In this document: piece after piece, positions 1 through 10,775 of the stretch | Layout of the letters: each line of letters begins with the position of its first letter | Numbering within the stretch: position 1 is the first letter of the stretch | Source: an uncultured Thermoleophilia bacterium | GTDB taxonomy: Bacteria; Actinomycetota; Thermoleophilia; RBG-16-64-13 | DNA: 64,000 bases | NCBI GenBank assembly: GCA_963772095.1 | Contig: CAVYVU010000013.1 | Coordinates: 39,358-103,357, forward strand | Reading direction: 5' to 3' | The notes under the pieces: generated by a model | Databases searched by the model: none | Seen by the model: only the letters and a program-made list of their open reading frames with translations | What the model was told of the DNA's origin: nothing | Made by a program: the position numbers and the translations under genes

Positions 1-272
1 GGTCTGACATCCCCGGATCGTGAAGCCACTCTCAATGGCTGCAGCCCAAGTTCGCGGTAGCGCCGAGGCACCTCCCCATGGGCACTGGCGGATCCTCGAA
101 CGCCGCAGCCCCGGTCCAGCAATGGCCACGGTTGGCTCGCGTCCGGCAACTCGGACAGACGCATGTGTCATTCGCCGGGTTCACGGTGCAACCGATGCAA
201 GCCTTCGATCGGACCTGGCATCGGCGTCACGATAGTACGAATGGGGAACGGGGCGCGAGACAGACGCCTTCT

Positions 273-485
273 TTACATCCTCACCAGTTCGATCGCCCTC
301 AAAGGGCAAGCGAGGACGCAGTCGCCGCAACCCTTGCAGGGAGCCGAGTCTGCCATCGGCGTCTCGTAGGGCACTTCCTGGCTGAGCAGCTTGCGGGGGC
401 ACGCCAAGGCGGCGACACAAACGCCGCAGTCGCACCTTTGGGGATCACACTTGTTGTAGTTGACTAGAGCCATCTTCCCCGGCAT
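273..485 (-). CDS. Small 4Fe-4S dicluster (ferredoxin-like) protein
   Basis: 70 aa with CDPQRCDCGVC...ACP and a canonical CKGCGDCVLACP motif; SD AAGGAG upstream of the ATG. Confidence 0.85.
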   Translation of the reverse strand: MPGKMALVNYNKCDPQRCDCGVCVAALACPRKLLSQEVPYETPMADSAPCKGCGDCVLACPLRAIELVRM

Positions 486-639
486 GGCTCTCCTTGGCGA
501 TGGTTCGCTCGATGTCTTCGAGTTCGCTTTCCAGTTCTTCCAACTCCTGCCACATTTGGGGCGGGACGGAGTGAGCCGGCAATCGCGCTTTCAGTTCAGC
601 GATCTTTGCTTCGATCTCTTTCGCTTTGTCCGTGTTCAC
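445..639 (-). CDS. Small coiled-coil hypothetical protein (LKARLPAHS-type)
   Basis: GTG start at 639 after GGAGG; 64 aa heptad-rich sequence IAELKARLPAHSVPPQMWQELEELE; 3' end overlaps the ferredoxin start. Confidence 0.6.
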   Translation of the reverse strand: MNTDKAKEIEAKIAELKARLPAHSVPPQMWQELEELESELEDIERTIAKESHAGEDGSSQLQQV

Positions 640-878
640 TATAGCCTCCATGGGTCCCGTGCCCAGCTCTCGCACGGTTCGGGCGGTCTCGGCAACAGAG
701 GCCGGAACTGGGCGCGGAAAGGGCCCGTAATGCCGAGCGCGATGCTGTGGTCTGGGAAATAATGCCACAGCCAACGCAATCTTCAACACAGGGACGCCCC
801 CCGGGGAGCCTACTGGTGCCGGATAGCTCTCCCGTACTCCAGGGGAGAATCCAAGCCCGGCAGGCACATGAACGGAGG

Positions 879-911
879 TGGTATGCTGTGCCACCGCGGG
901 AAGCGGTGGCA
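879..911 (+). promoter_or_regulatory. Extended -10 promoter followed by a 9-bp inverted repeat (candidate operator)
   Basis: TG-g-TATGCT at 879-887, then TGCCACCGC-GGGAA-GCGGTGGCA at 889-911, directly upstream of the nickel-protein pair. Confidence 0.4.
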
Positions 912-937
912 TCCTGCTGATTCAGGAGAGTGAAGCG

Positions 938-1144
938 ATGGAAAGTGGAATGCGAGAGCTCGACGCCTTGCTCGACTACTTGGTAGAACACAACACGGAA
1001 CACGCCGGCGAGATCATCGATCTTGCCAACCGCGCCAAAGCATTGGGCAAGCAGGAAGTATATGACCACCTGATCAAGGGGGTCGACCTGTTGAACAGCT
1101 CCAATGAGAGCCTCAAGTCAGCCCTGACGATTCTGAGAGGTTGA
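938..1144 (+). CDS. Small His-containing protein (HNxEH motif), likely nickel-related
   Basis: LLDYLVEHNTEHAGE helical motif; stop is 2 nt before the cooT start; start taken at MESGM after SD GGAGAG. Confidence 0.7.
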   Translation: MESGMRELDALLDYLVEHNTEHAGEIIDLANRAKALGKQEVYDHLIKGVDLLNSSNESLKSALTILRG

Positions 1145-1145
1145 G

Positions 1146-1334
1146 ATGTGTCTGGCTAAGGTATACGTCCACACCGATGCTGCCGAAGAATTGGTCATGG
1201 AGAACGTCGCCCGTGTCGTCGTCAACGACGGCCAAGTCCTCCTGACGTCCATAATCATGGAGACCGAAGAGTTACAGGGCCGTATCACGAGCGTGGATTT
1301 CGCCAAGTCGAAGCTGGTGCTCGAGAGCGTTTAG
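1146..1334 (+). CDS. cooT: CooT family nickel-binding protein
   Basis: 62 aa starting MCLAKVY (Cys2 nickel ligand), with EELVMENV and ITSVDF...LVLE pattern typical of CooT. Confidence 0.85.
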   Translation: MCLAKVYVHTDAAEELVMENVARVVVNDGQVLLTSIIMETEELQGRITSVDFAKSKLVLESV

Positions 1335-1424
1335 TCTCGGCCCGCACGCTACGTTGACAGTCACGGGGATCGTAGATCCAAAGCTTTACTTTGGGTATCC
1401 GTCGACGGTGAGAAAGGGGCAGAG

Positions 1425-4400
1425 ATGGCCAACCAACCTCCTCACGAAATCACTGCAGAAAGCGGCCCGCCCGTAAGGATCTTCATCGATGGGCACCATC
1501 TGCAGGTGGATCCCGACGTGACGATCCTCGAAGCCGCACAGGCAAACGATATTTCGATACCGACGCTCTGCCACGACCCCCGTCTAACCCCGGTCGGCCG
1601 TTGTGGGCTGTGCCTCGTGGAGCTCGTGGACGCCGCGTGGTGGGAGGAACACCTGGCCAGAACGCTGGTCGCCGGCGACGGTGTAAACACCGTGTACGCC
1701 TGCCAGACCCCGGTGGCCGAGGGCATGGAGGTCATTACCTTAAGTCCGGCGATAGCAGAGGCGCGCCGGCTGCGGCTCAACGAGTTTCTCTCCAACCACA
1801 ACGCCTATTGTGAGCCACCCTGCCATTACGCCTGCCCGGCAGGCCTCGATATCCCTGGCTACCTGGCGGCGATCGCCCGGGGAGACGACGCCGACGCCGT
1901 CAGGATCGTCAAGCAGCGACTGCCGCTACCCCGGATCATCGGCCGGGTCTGCCCACGACCCTGCGAAGGCGCCTGCCGCCGGACCCAAGTGGACGAGCAA
2001 CCCGTGGCCATCTGCCAATTGAAGCGTTTCGCCGCCGACCGCGCGAGCGCCGGCCATAAGGCGAATATGGAAGAGAGCGCGCCGCCCAGCGGCAAGAAGA
2101 TCGCGGTCATCGGCAGTGGCCCATCGGGTCTCACCGCCGCCTATTACCTGGCTTTGGCCGGCCACCAAGTCACGATCTTCGAAGCCCTTTCCCAGCCCGG
2201 CGGCATGATGCTCAACGGCATCCCCCCGTATCGCCTGCCCCGGGAGACCATCGCGGAGGAAATCGATGACATCCTCCGGCTGGGCATAGAGTTGAGGCTC
2301 AACACGCGCGTTGGCGAGGAATTCACCTTTGACCGCCTTGAGGCTGAAGGTTTTGCCGCGACGTATCTGGCCATTGGCGCCCAGTGTGGCTCCACCGGCG
2401 GGATTCCCGGAGCCGAGGAGGGCGAGGGAATCTATTCGGCCGTTGATTTTCTTCGCGAGAGCAACGCCGGGTCGTGGGGAAAGCCTCTGGGCAGAACGCT
2501 GGTCGTTGGCGGCGGCTTCACCGCCATGGATGCCTCTCGGTCCTCGATGCGTCTTGGCGCAGAAGAAGTGACCGTAGTCTACCGCCGCACCCGCGAGGAG
2601 ATGCCGGCCACCGCGGACGAAGTAGCCGAGGCGGAGGAGGAAGGGGTCGACCTGCTACTACTCACCGCGCCGGTCTCCGTGGTCCGTGAAGACGGCAAGG
2701 TGACCGGCGTAGTCTGTCAAAAGATGGTGCTGGGCGAACCCGACCCGAGCGGTCGGCGGCGCCCGGAACCGGTACCAGGCTCTGAATTCACCATCGCGGC
2801 GGATACGGTCATCCTGGCCATCGGTCAAGACGTCGACGGACGCGACGTGGAGGATGTCTGCAACCTGACCCCCTGGGGCACCATCGAAGTCAACAAGCTT
2901 ACTTTGCTGACGAGCAAGCCAGGGGTCTTTGCCGGAGGAGACTGCGAGACCGGTCCCGGCACCGTGGTCGATGCCATAGCCGCCGGCCGTCGGGCCGCGG
3001 TCGCCATCGACGCATATGTCTCCGGGAAAGACCCCGAGGCAGCCTGCGCGGCTCCCGGGGCGCGCCTCGACCGACACCGGCCGAAGCTGTTCGACATCGG
3101 CGCCAAGCCGCTGTCCACGACCGCGCGCAGTCATATGCCCTTGCTCCCCGCGCCCGCCCGCCGGAACTTCGATGAGGTCGAGCTGGGCTTCGATGAGGCG
3201 GCGGCCAGGCAGGAAGCCGCCCGATGCCTGCAATGCACTTGCCATGAAGCCTCCACCTGCGAGCTGCAAAGCCTTTCTATCCGCTACGGCGCCGGCACGA
3301 CCGAGTTCAAGGGTGCGTTGGGGCAGTTCGACTTGTTCGACGGGTCGCCGATCCTGCAGCTCGACCGCAAACGCTGCATCCAGTGCCACACGTGCGTCCG
3401 TATCTGCGATGAAGTCGAGCAGTACCACGTCTACCAGGTGGACGATGCCGAGTACCCGGCACTCCGGGGGCAGACTTACCGGGATTCAGGTTGCGTGTCC
3501 TGCGGCCAGTGCATAGACGCCTGCCCCACAGGTGCTCTGGTGAATGCGCAGCTGAAGAGCGCCCGAGAATGGGAAATCACCAGGGTGCGGACCACGTGTC
3601 CGCTGTGCGGCACAGGCTGCAACTTCGATCTGAACGTCAAGGACGGCAGGGTCATCGGCGTCACGAGCGCCGCGGACGCCCCGGTCAACGGCAGCGCCTT
3701 GTGCGTGAAGGGCCGTTTCCACACCGATATGATCCATAGCCCCGACCGCCTCACCACTCCCTTGGTGAGAAAGAACGGCGTTTTGGAAGAGGCCAGCTGG
3801 GACGAGGCCATGAGCGTCGTAGCCCACCGGCTTGAAGAAATACGGGATCGGGACGGCGCCAACGCTTTCGCCGCCTTGAGCTCTGCTCGCTGCACCAACG
3901 AGGACAACTGGCTGATGCAGAAGTTCGTCAGAGTGGTGATGCGCACCAACAACCTCGACCACTGCGCCCGAACCTGACACGCTCCCACCGTGGCCGGTCT
4001 GGCCACATCATTTGGTAGCGCCGCCATGACAAACTCCCTCGACGAGGTGGAATTCTACGACGCCCTCTTCATCATCGGCGCTAACCCGACGGAGGCTCAT
4101 CCCATCATCGGTGGCAAGATGAAGCGTGCTGCAAGGCGCGGCGCCCGGCTCATCGTGGCCGATCCGCGGCACACCGAAATGGTCGACTACTCTCAATTGT
4201 GGCTGCAGCTCACCCCCGGCACCGACGCGGCCCTGGTCAACGGCATGATGAACATCATCATCAACGAAGGCTGGGCCGACCGCGAGTTCATCGCCGAGCG
4301 CTGCGAGGGATATGACGAGCTGTGGGAAGTGGTGCAGAGATACACCCCCGCTGTCGTCAGCGCGATCACCGGGGTTCCCGAAGACAAGCTGTACGCAGCC

Positions 4401-5598
4401 GCCGAGATCTACGCGCGCACCCCTCGGACCGGCATCTTCTACACCCTCGGCATCACCGAACACACCACTGGTACGGCCAACGTCATGAACCTGGCCAATC
4501 TGGCTATGGTCACCGGCCACGTCGGTAAGGCGCATTCCGGCGTCAACCCGCTCCGCGGTCAGAACAACGTCCAGGGAGCCTGTGATATGGGCGCCTTGCC
4601 GAACGTGTTGTCCGACTATCGGTCGGTGTCAGACGCCCAGACCAGGGAGACTTTCGAGCAGAGATGGGGGGTGAAGCTAGACGACAAGCCTGGGCTGCGC
4701 ATCCCGGAGATGTTCGACGCGATCATCAGCGGCGATCTCAAAGCCATGTACGTCATGGGCGAAGATCCGGTACTCACCGATGCCGATGCCAACCATGTCC
4801 GCAAGGCTATCGCGGGCCTCGAATTCCTGGTGGTCCAGGACATCTTCTTAACGGAGACGGCCAAATACGCGGATGTGGTGCTGCCGGCCGCCTGCTACGC
4901 GGAAAAAGACGGCACCTTCACCAACACCGAGCGCCGCGTGCAGCGGGTGCGCAAGGCGGTGGAACCTCCTGGCCAGGCGCGTGCCGATTGGGAGATCATT
5001 TGCGACCTGTCACGGCGCATGGGGTATGAGATGAACTATGACTCCCCGGCGGAGATCTTCGAGGAGATCAGGAGCCTCACGCCGTCCTATGCCGGGATGA
5101 CCTACGGCCGGGTGGACGCCTGCGGACTCCAATGGCCGTGTCCCGACATCGATCATCCGGGCACGCCCTATCTGCATGAAGCTACTTTTCCCCGGGGCAG
5201 GGGCAGATTGATCGGCATCGAGTCACGAGGCACCCGACGAACTCACAAACGAGGAGTATCCGATTCTTCTCACGACCGGGCGGATGCTCTATCAGTACAA
5301 CGTCTCCACCAGACGATCCGGGACCCTGGATTCGCTGGCGCCGCATGAACTAGCCGAGATCAATCCGGCGGACGCCGCCGCCATCGGAGTGTCCGAGGGA
5401 GAGAAGATGCGGGTCAGCTCGCGGCGCGGCTCGGTCGTGACCCGGGTGACGGTCACCGAACGCGTGCCCCCGGGGATTCTCTTCATGACCTTCCACTTCT
5501 TGGAAACAGCGGTGAACGAGCTGACCAATTCCGCCTACGACCCGATTTCCAATACGGCGGAATACAAGGTCTGCGCGGTCAGGATCGAAAAGGTTTAG
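1425..5598 (+). CDS. fdhF: Selenocysteine-containing formate dehydrogenase alpha subunit fused to 2Fe-2S and GltD-like NADPH/FAD modules (~1390 aa; one apparent +1 frameshift near 5223)
   Basis: In-frame TGA at 3975-3977 in NLDHCART-U-HAPTVAGL, matching the FdhF Sec site; the frame continues into ORF 3990..5348; removing one base near 5223 joins to YPILLTTGR...EYKVCAVRIEKV; Fer2, GltD (GSGPSG, GGGFTAMD, YRR), 2x4Fe-4S, CPLCGTGC and molybdopterin motifs present. Confidence 0.92.
3978..4010 (+). promoter_or_regulatory. Bacterial SECIS element
   Basis: Perfect hairpin GTGGCC-GGTCT-GGCCAC at 3990-4006, 12 nt after the UGA; the GGUCU apical sequence matches the E. coli fdhF SECIS as I recall it. 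Confidence 0.85.
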
Positions 5599-5626
5599 GA
5601 CCACAGGGCACGTCACCGAGTACGAC

Positions 5627-5685
5627 TTCCGCCGGCTTGGGTCCACCTTCCCCCATATGGAGAAGGTGGACCGCCGCGGCGGAGG
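5627..5685. terminator. Long hairpin between convergent fdh and cocE genes
   Basis: Perfect 11-bp arms GGTCCACCTTC (5640-5650) / GAAGGTGGACC (5662-5672) plus an outer imperfect stem; no clear U-tract. Confidence 0.55.
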
Positions 5686-5849
5686 TCAATTCCTCCGGAA
5701 AGAAGTGGCCGACGCGCTCGACCACCTTTTGGCCTTCTTGCTTCAACCTCCGAAGCTGCGCCGGCCGTTCGAACGCTGGCCGAGCGAACCCCTTTGATGG
5801 CCTCTTCTAAACCGACTTGCTCCTTGAGCCTGGTGTCGCTCAGGTGGGG

Positions 5850-7596
5850 CTACCTGGGTATAACCGGCAGGATGACGTGCGACGCATGGTCCTTGTCGTG
5901 GTAGTAGGTGTCGCGTGCCGACCTTGATGCCGTAGTAGTGACCGCCGAAGTCGAGCGCCGGCGAATCGCCGCAGGCCACGTCGATGCGGATGCGGTGCCC
6001 CTTCTTGAACACGTTGCACGTCGGCCAGACCTCGATCTCGTACTTGTAGATCTTGCCCGGCTCGATGGGCTTGGGCTCGTCGTGCAGGTAGTACGGCCGG
6101 TACGGGCTTGGAGAGCTCCTCGCTCTTGGTGCAGGCGTGCGAGGCCTTGAGCCAACCCCGGGTGAGGATCAGGCCTTTGGACGGCATGCCCGGCACCTGC
6201 TCGGAGTCGGGCGCTTGATCGACCAGGCGGCAGAAGAAGTCGGTGTTCTGTCTGGTCGGAGGAGGCGTAGAGCACCAGCACGATGTTGCCCGAGACCTCC
6301 AGATCCTCTTCCAGCGGCGCGCTCGTGAAGGTGGGGATGCGGCGCTGCCCGTAGACGATGCCGTCGTCGATGACGGCCGTGCCGCCGCCGGAGAAGTGGG
6401 TCCAGTCCTGGTCGGGATAGGAGTAGGTGAAGGAGCTGTCTGGCCTCCGTCGGGCGCTTCCCAGGAGAGCTTGCCGTCGTTCAGCGACTCCACCGCGCCG
6501 CTCGGGCCGGGCCTGCAAGTAGAGCTTGCGGTAGTCGGTGCGGGCAAGCGGCCACTCGTTCTCCGGCCGGTACTCGTCGGCTCCGCGCACGAAGATGGTG
6601 ACCGGCGGTTCGTCCATGAAGCCGGTGTCGTTGCCCTTGAGCCAGTGGTCGTACCAGCGCAGCATGAGCAGCTGCATCTCGGGCGAGTTGTAGATGGCCA
6701 TCTCGTCGCCGTCCATGACGCCGTGGATGAGCATCATCTTCTTGGGCGTCTCGATCTCCTCGTAGCCGCGCACCACGCCGCGCAGGTGCAGGCCCACCTT
6801 GTGCAGGGCGCCCACCACGAACACCGGGCACCTGGATCTTCTTGAAGTCAGGGTTGCGCATCTTCCAGAAGTCGTCGTAGGTGGGATGGTTGATGCTCGT
6901 TCCAGACCATGTCCCACTTGCCCATCTCCGGGTTCGGCGCGGCGGCGTGCCGAAGCGGTCGGGGATGCCCAGGCGGTAGTGGCCGCGGATCTCCCACATG
7001 TGCCAGGCGGTCGGGAAGCCCACCGCCATGATGCCGCCGTGGAAGGCGATGTCGCGGTACAGATCGGCGCCGGCGTCCCAGGGCAGGATGCAGGTGAGGT
7101 GCGGCGGCTGCTGGACGGCGGTGAACCACTGGCTCCAGGCCAGCAGCGACTCGCCCAGCATGCCCACCTTGCCGTCGCACCAGTCCTGGACGGCGATCCA
7201 CTCGGTCATGTCGTAGAGGTCGTTCTGCATCTCCTGGCCGAACAGGTCCCACTGGCCGGTGGGCGAATGGCCGGTGCCGCGCGAGTCGGTGTGCACGAAG
7301 ACGTAGCCGCGGGAGACGAAGTAGTCGATGTCGTTGGTCTCCCGCATGTGGAAGATGGGGAGCAGCGGCAGGTGGTCCAGGTCTTTCTGGTAGGAGTCGG
7401 CCGCGTGGATGGCGGGGAACTTGCCCGGAGCATCCGGGCGGTAGATGTTGGCGGCGATCAGCGTGCCGTCGCGCATGGTGATCATGACGTCCCGCTCCAC
7501 CTTCATCGCGTACTGCGGCTTGCTCAGCTTGTCGGCCGGGAAGTCCTTGGGCAGCATGGTCCGCATGATCTCGGGCTTCAGGGTCTTTGAGTACAT
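5850..7596 (-). CDS. CocE/NonD family hydrolase (peptidase S15 fold), split by several frameshifts
   Basis: MRDGTLIAANIYRP, DSRGTGHS, nucleophile elbow GMLGESLLA, RWYDHWLKG, GHRIRIDV and SHVILPVIP are distributed over ORFs 6481..7596, 5850..6917, 5840..6547 and 5743..6012. Confidence 0.85.
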
Positions 7597-7671
7597 ATTT
7601 CCTTCCCCTACTTCGCTGGAGTTTGTCTGCCGTGTGAGTCGGGCCGGCGCCGGAGGGCCGGCGGCGCCCCA

Positions 7672-8478
7672 CTAGTTGTGGTTGAGCCCGCCGTCCACCA
7701 GAAGCGTCTGCCCGGCCATGAAGTCGCTGTCGGACGAGGCTAGGAAGAAGGCCGGACCGGCGAGATCATCGGCTTGCTCGCTCCGTTGGTTCAGACATTG
7801 CCCCTTGCGGGTCGCCTCCCAGTGCTCGGGAACGCCGGAAGCCTGTTCCATGTTGGCCGCGGTGAGGGTGAAACCGGGAGCAAGCGCGTTCACGCGGATG
7901 CCCTGCGGGCCCAGTTCGCGAGCCAGCGCCCGCGTGAAGCCGATGATGCCGCCCTTGCTGGAGACGTAGTGGATGAAGCCGGCCACGCCTTCCCAGAAGG
8001 TCGAAGAGGTCAGGTTGATGATCTTCCCGTATCCGAGGGGCTGCATGTACGGATGGACGGCTCGTGCGCAGAACCACATCCCCCGCAGGTTCACGTCCAG
8101 CATGTAGTCCCAGTCTTCGATCTTCCAATCGGTGAACGGCTGCCAGCTCTGCTTGGACATGACGCCGCGAAAGGCGGCTGCGTTGTTCACGAGGATGTCG
8201 ATCTTGCCCCCGTAGGTGTCGGCCAGCAGTTTGGCCGCCGCCTCGCATTGGTCGATGTGGGTGATGTCGCACGTGATGGGGATGGCCTCTCCCCCGTCAG
8301 CCTTGATCTCATCCGCTACCCACATGGCGCTTGGTCCGTCGATGTCCAGCACCCCGACCTTGGCCCCCTCTTTCGCAAAACGAAGGGCTATGGAGCGGCC
8401 GATGCTGTTGGTGCCGCCGCCACCCGTGATGAGCGCCACTTTTCCCTGCAGACGCTTCCCTTCGATCTCTTCGCTCAT
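7672..8478 (-). CDS. SDR family NAD(P)-dependent oxidoreductase
   Basis: TGGGGTNSIG Rossmann loop, NNAA, catalytic YVSSK, VNALAPG, GQTLLVDGG; real start MSEEIEG at 8478. Confidence 0.92.
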   Translation of the reverse strand: MSEEIEGKRLQGKVALITGGGGTNSIGRSIALRFAKEGAKVGVLDIDGPSAMWVADEIKADGGEAIPITCDITHIDQCEAAAKLLADTYGGKIDILVNNAAAFRGVMSKQSWQPFTDWKIEDWDYMLDVNLRGMWFCARAVHPYMQPLGYGKIINLTSSTFWEGVAGFIHYVSSKGGIIGFTRALARELGPQGIRVNALAPGFTLTAANMEQASGVPEHWEATRKGQCLNQRSEQADDLAGPAFFLASSDSDFMAGQTLLVDGGLNHN

Positions 8479-8617
8479 TGCTCTCCCCTTCGACTCGGAT
8501 ATGTGTCTTCGCCGTACGTTCGTCTTCTGGGAGCACCCGACCGTGTGCCGCTCCCCGGTTCGCCGCGAATCGGTATGTCGCGTCCCCTCTTGCCCCGGAT
8601 GGCTCGCCGCGGATCGG

Positions 8618-10582
8618 CTAGATCTCCAGTGCGGCCTCGAAACCTTCGTGCACCGCGTTGAACAGGATCCGGGGCGCCTTGCAGTCGCCCACCACGTGCA
8701 CTTCCGGGGCCGCATCCATGAGCTTCTCCACGACACCGGTCCGGGCCCGCAGATTGGCTGCGACCACCACGGCATCGGCGGACAGCTCCTGGAAGTGGCC
8801 ATTCGCGTCCCGGACGACGACCTTTCCGGCAAGCACTTCCTCCAAGACGACGCCCTTGCGCACCCTGATGCCGTATTCCTCCAGTTGGTCTTCCAGGACC
8901 ATCGCGTCCACGAAATTGACCGTCTGATCCTGCGCCGAACCGCCTGGTATCTCGACGATGGCCACCTGCTTGCCCTGGCGGGCAAGGTGGAGCGCGGCCT
9001 CCTGTGCCATGCCGCCTGCCCCAACAACCACAACCCGCGTTCCGGGAGCGTCCCGGCCACTCATGACGTCGCCCGCCAACAGGACGTTCGAACCAGTGAT
9101 CCCAGGCACGTCGGGCAATTCCGGTTCCGCCCCCACAGCCACGATCAGCTCGTCGGCGGCCTCGACCCGTAGGAGTTCGGCGGTCGCCTCGGTGCCCAAC
9201 CTGACCTCGACATCCCATTTCTTGAGCTCACGGAGCAAGTACTCGAGGAAGCGCTTCCAATCGTCCTTGAAGGCGGGCCCGGAAGAGGCCAGGAGATTGC
9301 CGCCCAGCCGGTCTTCTTTTTCGAAAAGCGTGACCTGATGGCCGCGACTACCGGCGATCACAGCAGCCTCCATCCCGGCCGGACCGCCCCCTACCACTAC
9401 CACCTTCTTCTTGCTGGCAGGCCGAGGCAGGCAACGATAGTAATCCTCCCGCACGCTCCAGGGATTGACGGCACATCTCACGGGCAAGCTGTGGGCCCCG
9501 CGGATAAGACAGCTGTTGCACCTGATGCACGGGACAACATCGTCTTTGCGTCCGCGGAAGGTCTTCTTGGGAAGGGCCGTGTCGGCGATAAGCGCACGGC
9601 ACAACGCGACTATGTCGGCCTTGCCGGTGGCGACCCACTCGCCCGCCTCGTCCAGGTCGAGGATGGCGCCGACCACCGCTACCGGGATGCTCACTGCGTT
9701 CTTGATCTGTGCCGCCCGATCGACGTTCTCGCCGTGGGGAAGATAAACGGAGGGGTGCGTGTACGGGTAGGTGCGCGCCTCGCTGATCATGCCCGCCGAC
9801 ACCTGAAAGCAGTCCACTTTGTCCTGCAATAACATGGCATACTCGATGGCGTCGTCGATCTCCATGCCCCCGGGCACCAGGTCGCTGGCGCTGATCCGCC
9901 ACTCGATGGGGAAGTCTGCTCCACAGCGCTCTTTGATGGCCTGGGCGACCCGGATCCCGAAACGGGCTCGATTCTCCAAGCTGCCGCCATACTCGTCCGA
10001 GCGGTGGTTTACGGCGGGGGACGTGAACTGCGAGATGAGCCAGCCGTGCCCGGCGTGGACCATGACCATGTCGAAGCCGGCCGTCTTCGCCCGGAACGCG
10101 GCAGCCGCATAGTGGTCGATGACCTCTTCGATCATCTCAAGGCTCATCTCTTCTATGACCTGCTCACCACGACGCCGGTCCTCGGTGAACTTGCCCACCA
10201 TGGCCGACGGCCCTATCGGGTTCCGGCCTCCGTTGAGTTGGCTCACGGCCTGGCGACCGCCATGGTTGATCTGGATGGAAGCCAGCGCACCATTGTCTTT
10301 GATCGCTTCCACCACTGAGGTCAAGGCGGGGATGTAGAAGTCGCTGCCCAGGTTGAGCTGCGTGGGCTGAGTGATGGCCCGGTCGGAATCTATGGCCGTC
10401 TCGAGAACGGTGATGATGCCGGCCCCACCCTTGGCCTGGGCCCGGTAGAACTCGACCAGTTCCCGTGAGACCGACTGGTCCGCGTAGGCGAGACAGGTGA
10501 GGGTCGGAGCGGCCTCGATGCGATTCTTGGCCGCCAGAACGCCGATTCGCACGGGTTCCAGAAGTGCTTCCCAGGACGCCAT
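8618..10582 (-). CDS. NADH:flavin oxidoreductase (FadH/BaiCD-like old-yellow-enzyme with 4Fe-4S and FAD domains)
   Basis: KNRIEAAP, HGGRQ, HAGHGWLISQFTSP...RSDEYGGSLENRARF, CIRCNSC...CAVNP, VVVGGGPAGMEAA; start MASWE at 10582. Confidence 0.92.
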   Translation of the reverse strand: MASWEALLEPVRIGVLAAKNRIEAAPTLTCLAYADQSVSRELVEFYRAQAKGGAGIITVLETAIDSDRAITQPTQLNLGSDFYIPALTSVVEAIKDNGALASIQINHGGRQAVSQLNGGRNPIGPSAMVGKFTEDRRRGEQVIEEMSLEMIEEVIDHYAAAAFRAKTAGFDMVMVHAGHGWLISQFTSPAVNHRSDEYGGSLENRARFGIRVAQAIKERCGADFPIEWRISASDLVPGGMEIDDAIEYAMLLQDKVDCFQVSAGMISEARTYPYTHPSVYLPHGENVDRAAQIKNAVSIPVAVVGAILDLDEAGEWVATGKADIVALCRALIADTALPKKTFRGRKDDVVPCIRCNSCLIRGAHSLPVRCAVNPWSVREDYYRCLPRPASKKKVVVVGGGPAGMEAAVIAGSRGHQVTLFEKEDRLGGNLLASSGPAFKDDWKRFLEYLLRELKKWDVEVRLGTEATAELLRVEAADELIVAVGAEPELPDVPGITGSNVLLAGDVMSGRDAPGTRVVVVGAGGMAQEAALHLARQGKQVAIVEIPGGSAQDQTVNFVDAMVLEDQLEEYGIRVRKGVVLEEVLAGKVVVRDANGHFQELSADAVVVAANLRARTGVVEKLMDAAPEVHVVGDCKAPRILFNAVHEGFEAALEI

Positions 10583-10665
10583 CTTCGAGCCCCTTTCCCA
10601 GCTTTCCAGCGGCATGATTCTCTCTTCGACTTCACTGACTGAGTACTTGCTCATTGGACCGATTA

Positions 10666-10694
10666 ACCGTACTATCGTCCCTAGACCGTGTCAA
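10666..10694 (-). promoter_or_regulatory. Sigma70-type promoter for the oxidoreductase operon
   Basis: Minus strand TTGACA-N17-TACGGT; an imperfect inverted repeat TGAGTA-CT-TGCTCA lies just downstream (~10640-10653), a candidate TetR operator. Confidence 0.55.
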
Positions 10695-10775
10695 GAGCGC
10701 TGTCGGCCGGTGAACGGCGACTGCTCCACAGAATCGGTCTCGAGCCAGCGATTTTGGCCAAGAAAGGACCGCGTT

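Noticed and set aside
845-930. NiCo riboswitch upstream of the nickel genes
   Set aside because: Stems can be drawn, but I could not find the conserved four-way-junction nucleotides and a -10 element lies inside; an Rfam/Infernal scan would settle it
3975-3990. Two separate genes split at the TGA
   Set aside because: The TGA is at the conserved Sec position, the frame continues and a SECIS hairpin follows
5215-5290. Programmed frameshift in fdh
   Set aside because: No slippery heptamer; a single extra T explains it and similar indels are common in this window
2658-9218. Long antisense or alternate-frame ORFs (e.g. 2658..3428, 6799..7590, 7774..8661, 8216..9172)
   Set aside because: Shadows of high-GC coding genes with no motifs or SD; the same applies to most Arg/Pro-rich ORFs at 52-56 kb
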